The translations under genes and the position numbers were made by a program. DNA of 64,000 nt from an uncultured Nitrososphaeraceae archaeon. Its GTDB lineage: Archaea; Thermoproteota; Nitrososphaeria; Nitrososphaerales; Nitrososphaeraceae. The stretch lies in NCBI GenBank assembly GCA_963765895.1, contig CAVXZB010000023.1, positions 237,879 through 301,878 on the forward strand. The letters are read 5' to 3'. Within the stretch, counting starts at the first letter, position 1. Each line of letters starts with the position of its first letter. Shown here in pieces: positions 59,787 through 64,000 of the stretch. The notes beneath the pieces were generated by a model, which made no database searches, was not told where the DNA came from, and worked only from the letters and a program-made list of their open reading frames with translations.

Positions 59787-60451
59787 TGTGGACTAGGCTG
59801 GAGGATTGTATTCTCTTATTTTTTGTTTTTGACTTCGATGTGTTGGAGTATCTTGTGAATGTGGACCATTTAATCTCTTTTCTAATATATCCGTATGTTT
59901 ATCGATAATTTCTTGTTCTTCTTGAAATTGCTCAGATTCATAATATAGTTCTCGTTTGGTCTTAGGAAAAGAATAGTAAATATCTCCTCTTATCTTGGCT
60001 AGATACCCGAACATTTTTTTTGATTCATTCTTTAACTTTCTATGATAGAGAGTGGTGGGTCCAGTAAATTCTGGAAATACATCTGAAAGAGGGTGTACAG
60101 ATGCTGGAAATGCATCCAGAATCTTCTCACACGCAACCTCTTTGAAGCAATTAAAAAATTCGTCCCAATCTGTCTCACCTAAAGCTGACTTGATCATATT
60201 TTTCATTTCAGAGTACAAATCCGTAAATTTCACTTGAATTAATATGATGAGTTTGTTAAGGCCCTCAGGATCGCTGATGTTTGAGGGCCAAATAGTAAAG
60301 GATCGAAAATTCGACATATTTAAATAATTAAAAAATAGGACTACACAATCAGATATGAATCCATAATACTGTACTGGTGTTTTACTATAGGGCGATTTTA
60401 TTCTAAATTTTAATGACTTACGCAATAACTGAAAGAATCGTTGTCTGAACC

Positions 60452-61400
60452 GGCTATGTAGAAAACATCATCAATATTACAAGATTAGTCAGTCTATGCA
60501 TATTGTAGGTGATACATCTAAATGATAACTCTCTGTTCTGCATTCTAGTCAATCTAGACATAAGATTCTCTCCAAATAGTCGTTTTATAACTGATATTAT
60601 GGTTTCATCTTTGTTTCGTTGATTGTACAGCAATTTGGAGTAACCACGCTTCATCTGCTTTCTGTACTTACCATGTGTTCTCCACATCGGTACATGTTCA
60701 TATCGAGCAGGAATAATACTGAATGCATGTAAGTCCTCTCTTACGAGAAGGTGATTATCTTCACTATCGTAACCCTTATCAGCTGTAACTACGGATAATG
60801 GAAGAATATTTGATGTCCTTGTTATAATTGGCCTGAAATCTACATTATCATGCCTTGTTGGAGCTCGTCTTATCTTAATTGTACATATGATTTGTTGTAA
60901 TACATCTACTCCAATAGATAATTTCGCATATTTTCTTCTCAATTCTGTTCGATCAGTATAATATTGTGATGCATGAGTTATCTTAAATCCTGTTGAATCT
61001 ATTCCTGCAAAGATATGCTTGGTACCACTAATTACAATGAATGACGAAATTATCTTTTCAAGCAATGAATTATTGATTCTATCTGTAAACTTTTGCAATG
61101 TTGTAAAATGAGGAATACGTGACAACCGTAGAAATGACCTTAGGTAATAGGCTTCAATTAACCACTCGACAAACATTCTATAACTCTTACCTTCATACTG
61201 TCGTATAGCAATTAGAACTATGTGCTGCCATATTGTAAATATGTGATTACTTTTCCTGTTAGAAAATAAGAGGAATCCTTGCATGCTTCAAAACACGGAA
61301 CATAGTACCTGCAAGTCTGACGTACATTGATTCTTTCAATAGACTATTGGTATTATACTCTTACAAAGCTTTGACTGTATGAGATGGTTTCTACACAGCC
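60452..61400 (-). mobile_element. IS5-family insertion sequence, copy 2 (949 bp)
   Basis: Same TIRs as copy 1; 8-bp TSD TCTGAACC at 60444-60451 and 61401-61408. Confidence 0.95.
60454..61284 (-). CDS. IS5-family DDE transposase (5' +1 indel ~61268)
   Basis: Nearly identical to 10162..11010. Confidence 0.92.
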   Translation of the reverse strand: MQGFLLFSNRKSNHIFTIWQHIVLIAIRQYEGKSYRMFVEWLIEAYYLRSFLRLSRIPHFTTLQKFTDRINNSLLEKIISSFIVISGTKHIFAGIDSTGFKITHASQYYTDRTELRRKYAKLSIGVDVLQQIICTIKIRRAPTRHDNVDFRPIITRTSNILPLSVVTADKGYDSEDNHLLVREDLHAFSIIPARYEHVPMWRTHGKYRKQMKRGYSKLLYNQRNKDETIISVIKRLFGENLMSRLTRMQNRELSFRCITYNMHRLTNLVILMMFST

Positions 61401-61739
61401 TCTGAACCCTTCAAATTCTTGAAGGAAGGAGATTACAGGATGATCCTCATTTAAGAAAAGCCTTATATTTTTCCTATTTTTTATGGATTGATTTGGTATA
61501 ACTATGCCTTCTTTTTTTAGATCACGCAAAATTCCAAACGTCTTACCTCTTCCATTTATCTTTTGACCATTTACAGTATCTTCAGCTGTGCAGCCTTTAT
61601 GTTTCCTAATATAATCAATGATCACATCGCGCCTTTTTATCTCATCAAGTATTTCTATATCAAATGTACCTGGAGCGCTCATTTCAAATGGGTATCCTTA
61701 GCAATACGAATCTACTAGCCTGTCTCATATAATCGTTGT

Positions 61740-61922
61740 ATGAGATTGACTGCTACTATAGCCATAAGTAATAGCACACGGGAGATCCTAAAAGGAATAG
61801 GTCATAAAGGTCAAACATATGACCAACTTATTTTGGATCTAGTCAGATTTAAACAGGAACCTAAGGATATGAACTTGATCACTCCCGAGAAGAAGAATTC
61901 CAGAAGAATTGAGGCTAAGTAA
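61740..61922 (+). CDS. Small ribbon-helix-helix/antitoxin-like DNA-binding protein
   Basis: TIAISNSTREILKGIGHKGQTYDQLILDLV strand-helix-helix pattern. Confidence 0.7.
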   Translation: MRLTATIAISNSTREILKGIGHKGQTYDQLILDLVRFKQEPKDMNLITPEKKNSRRIEAK

Positions 61923-61923
61923 T

Positions 61924-62091
61924 ATGCATGCATTAGATCTACTGAGTAGTAACGAAATCTGTGATGCAGTTGGCTGCTTTGCCAGAGCTACGGAAAAGAT
62001 TGAAGTGAAAGCGGGACCCCAGAAAGTAATTCCATTATTGCTTTGTAACGATTGCGTTTCCAAATTCCAGGAGGTTGCACATACATGTTAG
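61924..62091 (+). CDS. Small C4 zinc-finger protein
   Basis: CDAVGC...LCNDC; ATG immediately after the upstream stop. Confidence 0.65.
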   Translation: MHALDLLSSNEICDAVGCFARATEKIEVKAGPQKVIPLLLCNDCVSKFQEVAHTC

Positions 62092-62297
62092 ATACTATAG
62101 ATAGGTCATCTGAATGTTCAAAGTGTGCATATTATCAAAAACAAATCGCCAGACTAAAAAGGATGTTCATAAAAGCAGATGATGAAAGTGTGCGACGATG
62201 CATGCAGTACGAAAATAAAATTTTGAAATTTAAAGTGGAGAAGAAATGGTTAGAAGATGAGCACAATTCAGCAAATCAAAGCAAAGGCTGGTGTTAA
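62085..62297 (+). CDS. Small CxxC/coiled-coil protein
   Basis: GGAGG at 62070 ahead of ATG 62085; CSKC followed by a helical region. Confidence 0.55.
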   Translation: MLDTIDRSSECSKCAYYQKQIARLKRMFIKADDESVRRCMQYENKILKFKVEKKWLEDEHNSANQSKGWC

Positions 62298-62367
62298 GAG
62301 GTTGAGGGACCAGTTTGACACCACTGCGCGCACATCAACTTCAGTGAACAGGTGAGAAACAAAGAAG

Positions 62368-62649
62368 TTGAGTGCTGAAAAAGGATTAGTCGAAGAGGAA
62401 AATAAGTGTTTTGATGGTTACTACGTTTACTGCGATCAATGTGAATGGAATGGAATACCAAATCAAAGTATAGTTCGAGTTTATCTAGGAATAAGGCCTG
62501 CAGCCGAGCCAGGTTTTATTTACAAATTCGAAACTTATGATTATCTAGAAAATGAAGCTAAAAAAATTCACCGGCATAAATTCGATTCTGAGTTGATAAA
62601 CCGACAAGTCGATTCTATTTTCGGTCAAAAACTGGGGCTTGCACATTGA
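62368..62649 (+). CDS. Small putative Zn-binding protein
   Basis: CDQC...HRH; AGGTGA upstream; stop overlaps the next start. Confidence 0.6.
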   Translation: MSAEKGLVEEENKCFDGYYVYCDQCEWNGIPNQSIVRVYLGIRPAAEPGFIYKFETYDYLENEAKKIHRHKFDSELINRQVDSIFGQKLGLAH

Positions 62650-64000
62650 GTATGGATAATGTGCTAGCTATGATTGCTAAGTATGGTCCGAATCCTGAAT
62701 CCTCCTCTTTCGCTTCTCGTCACGATGCGATAGCATATCATAATATTTGGGCCAATTTTTGGCGTTACAATATAGGAGTCAACGTCATACCAGCTGATAC
62801 CAAAAATAAGAAACCAGTAGTTCCATGGTTTGGATGGCAAAGCAAAGCAATACCAGAATCCTTGCATAGCCAATGGAAAACGGAAGGCCTATTTTCAAAT
62901 GGGATTGCTGTTATATTGGGGAAAGTCTGGCACAGACAAGATCTGGCTAATTATTACCTGGTTGGAGTGGACGTGGATAACAAGAAAGCTATTGACGAAA
63001 TTTGTACTTATAATGAAAAGAGTAATATCCTACAGGAATTTGCTGCAAAAACCTTAGTTGAACAGCATAGAGACAATCCCAATAAAGCTCATTTTTATTT
63101 TTATGCTACAAGACCTATTAAAGGTAAGAGTAGCGATAATGCTCTACTGGCCCACAGGCTTTCGGCCAACGAAATACCTGCAATAGAGATCAAAAGTCTT
63201 GGCAGCCATGGAATTCTGTATTGCTCCGGCTCTTTTCATAAAAATGGATACAATTATGAAATTATAGGATCACGTAAACCAGCAATATTAAATGAATTAC
63301 AAACCGCAGAACTAGAAAACCACTTTAACAATATTTTTAACAAATATATGATAAGTTATCTCTCCATAGGTAGCGCAGATAATTCAGCAAGTGCAAAAAC
63401 AAAGTTACCAATAGAAGAGCTTTTCAAGTCAGACTATAAAGTGCTGGAGGGCCATAATCGACATGAGGCATTGTTACGGGTGATGGAATCACTTATACTT
63501 CGCAACTATAATATTTTCTCACTGGAGGAAATAAAACAGTTATCGAAAACATGGAACAACACTCATTGTATGCCGCCACTTGATGATAGAGAGTTTGAAG
63601 GACAATGGGAATGTGCCCTAGAATTTATTGCATCAAAACAAAGGCAATTATCATGGCAAAACGATATTCGGTCCCAAGATCACAAACAAAGCATTACTGC
63701 TGAAAAAAAACAACAGGAACAAAATTCGCATTCAGTTAGTGAACTAGCCGAGGAAATAATGTCTCGGTATGAATTTAAAACACTATCAGACACCGAAGAG
63801 ACACTGTATTACAGAGGCGGAATTTATCATTCAGGTGGAGAACAAATAATCAAGACAGAGCTGGAAAAAATTGCCGGTTATTCGATTAAAATTAATCAGC
63901 GAAATGAGATCATAGCCCATATAAAGTACCCGGACAATTGTAAACAGGGAAGAATTTGACAAGAATGAGTCAGTTATTAATGTGAAAAATGGTTTATTAG
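62646..64000 (+). CDS. Prim-pol (AEP) + PriCT + D5/P4-type primase-helicase, partial (+1 shift ~63930)
   Basis: GVNVIP...K.P...W, GVDVD, AHFYF, GS.HKNG..Y; EGHNRH..L and PPLDDRE (PriCT); the shifted frame continues RTIVNREEFDK..VINVKNGLL (D5_N-like). Confidence 0.85.

Larger units (their letters stand above)
59793..61682 (-). pseudogene. wHTH-domain protein (~310 aa) interrupted by IS copy 2
   Basis: Removing the IS and one TSD joins ..FLQEFEGFR to QRFFQLLRKSLKF.. in frame (933 nt). Confidence 0.85.
53938..64000. mobile_element. Partly decayed integrated plasmid/provirus-like island (left boundary approximate; runs off window)
   Basis: Prim-pol/D5 replication gene, small DNA-binding and Zn-finger operon, pseudogenes, repeats and an IS; no housekeeping genes. 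No integrase or att site visible in the window. Confidence 0.65.

Overview
Low-GC archaeal chromosome segment, most likely from a soil-type ammonia-oxidising archaeon (Nitrososphaerales). The assignment rests on a CdvB/ESCRT-III gene, DnaJ-ferredoxin, rpl13e, archaeal ThrRS, Hel308 and aIF-1A. Bases 1-53.7 kb hold sparse housekeeping genes (glnA, ndh, thrS, valS, hel308, GlcNAc-1-P transferase, hemD, M3 and M20 peptidases), secreted proteins and many tiny Zn-finger ORFs. Two unusual genes lie here: a secreted peptide with 30 consecutive histidines and a KaiC-like ATPase/Zn-finger/class III cyclase fusion. From about 53.9 kb to the end is a partly decayed mobile island. It carries an McrC/DUF524-like nuclease relic, iteron-like repeats, an origin-like inverted repeat, a divergent wHTH/RHH switch, small Zn-finger genes and a prim-pol/D5-type primase-helicase running off the window. 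Two near-identical 949-bp IS5-family copies with 8-bp target duplications are present. Many genes, including essential thrS, carry single +1 insertions, which points to read or assembly errors rather than biology. No tRNA, rRNA or CRISPR array was seen. All calls come from motif recognition by eye; no database searches were run.
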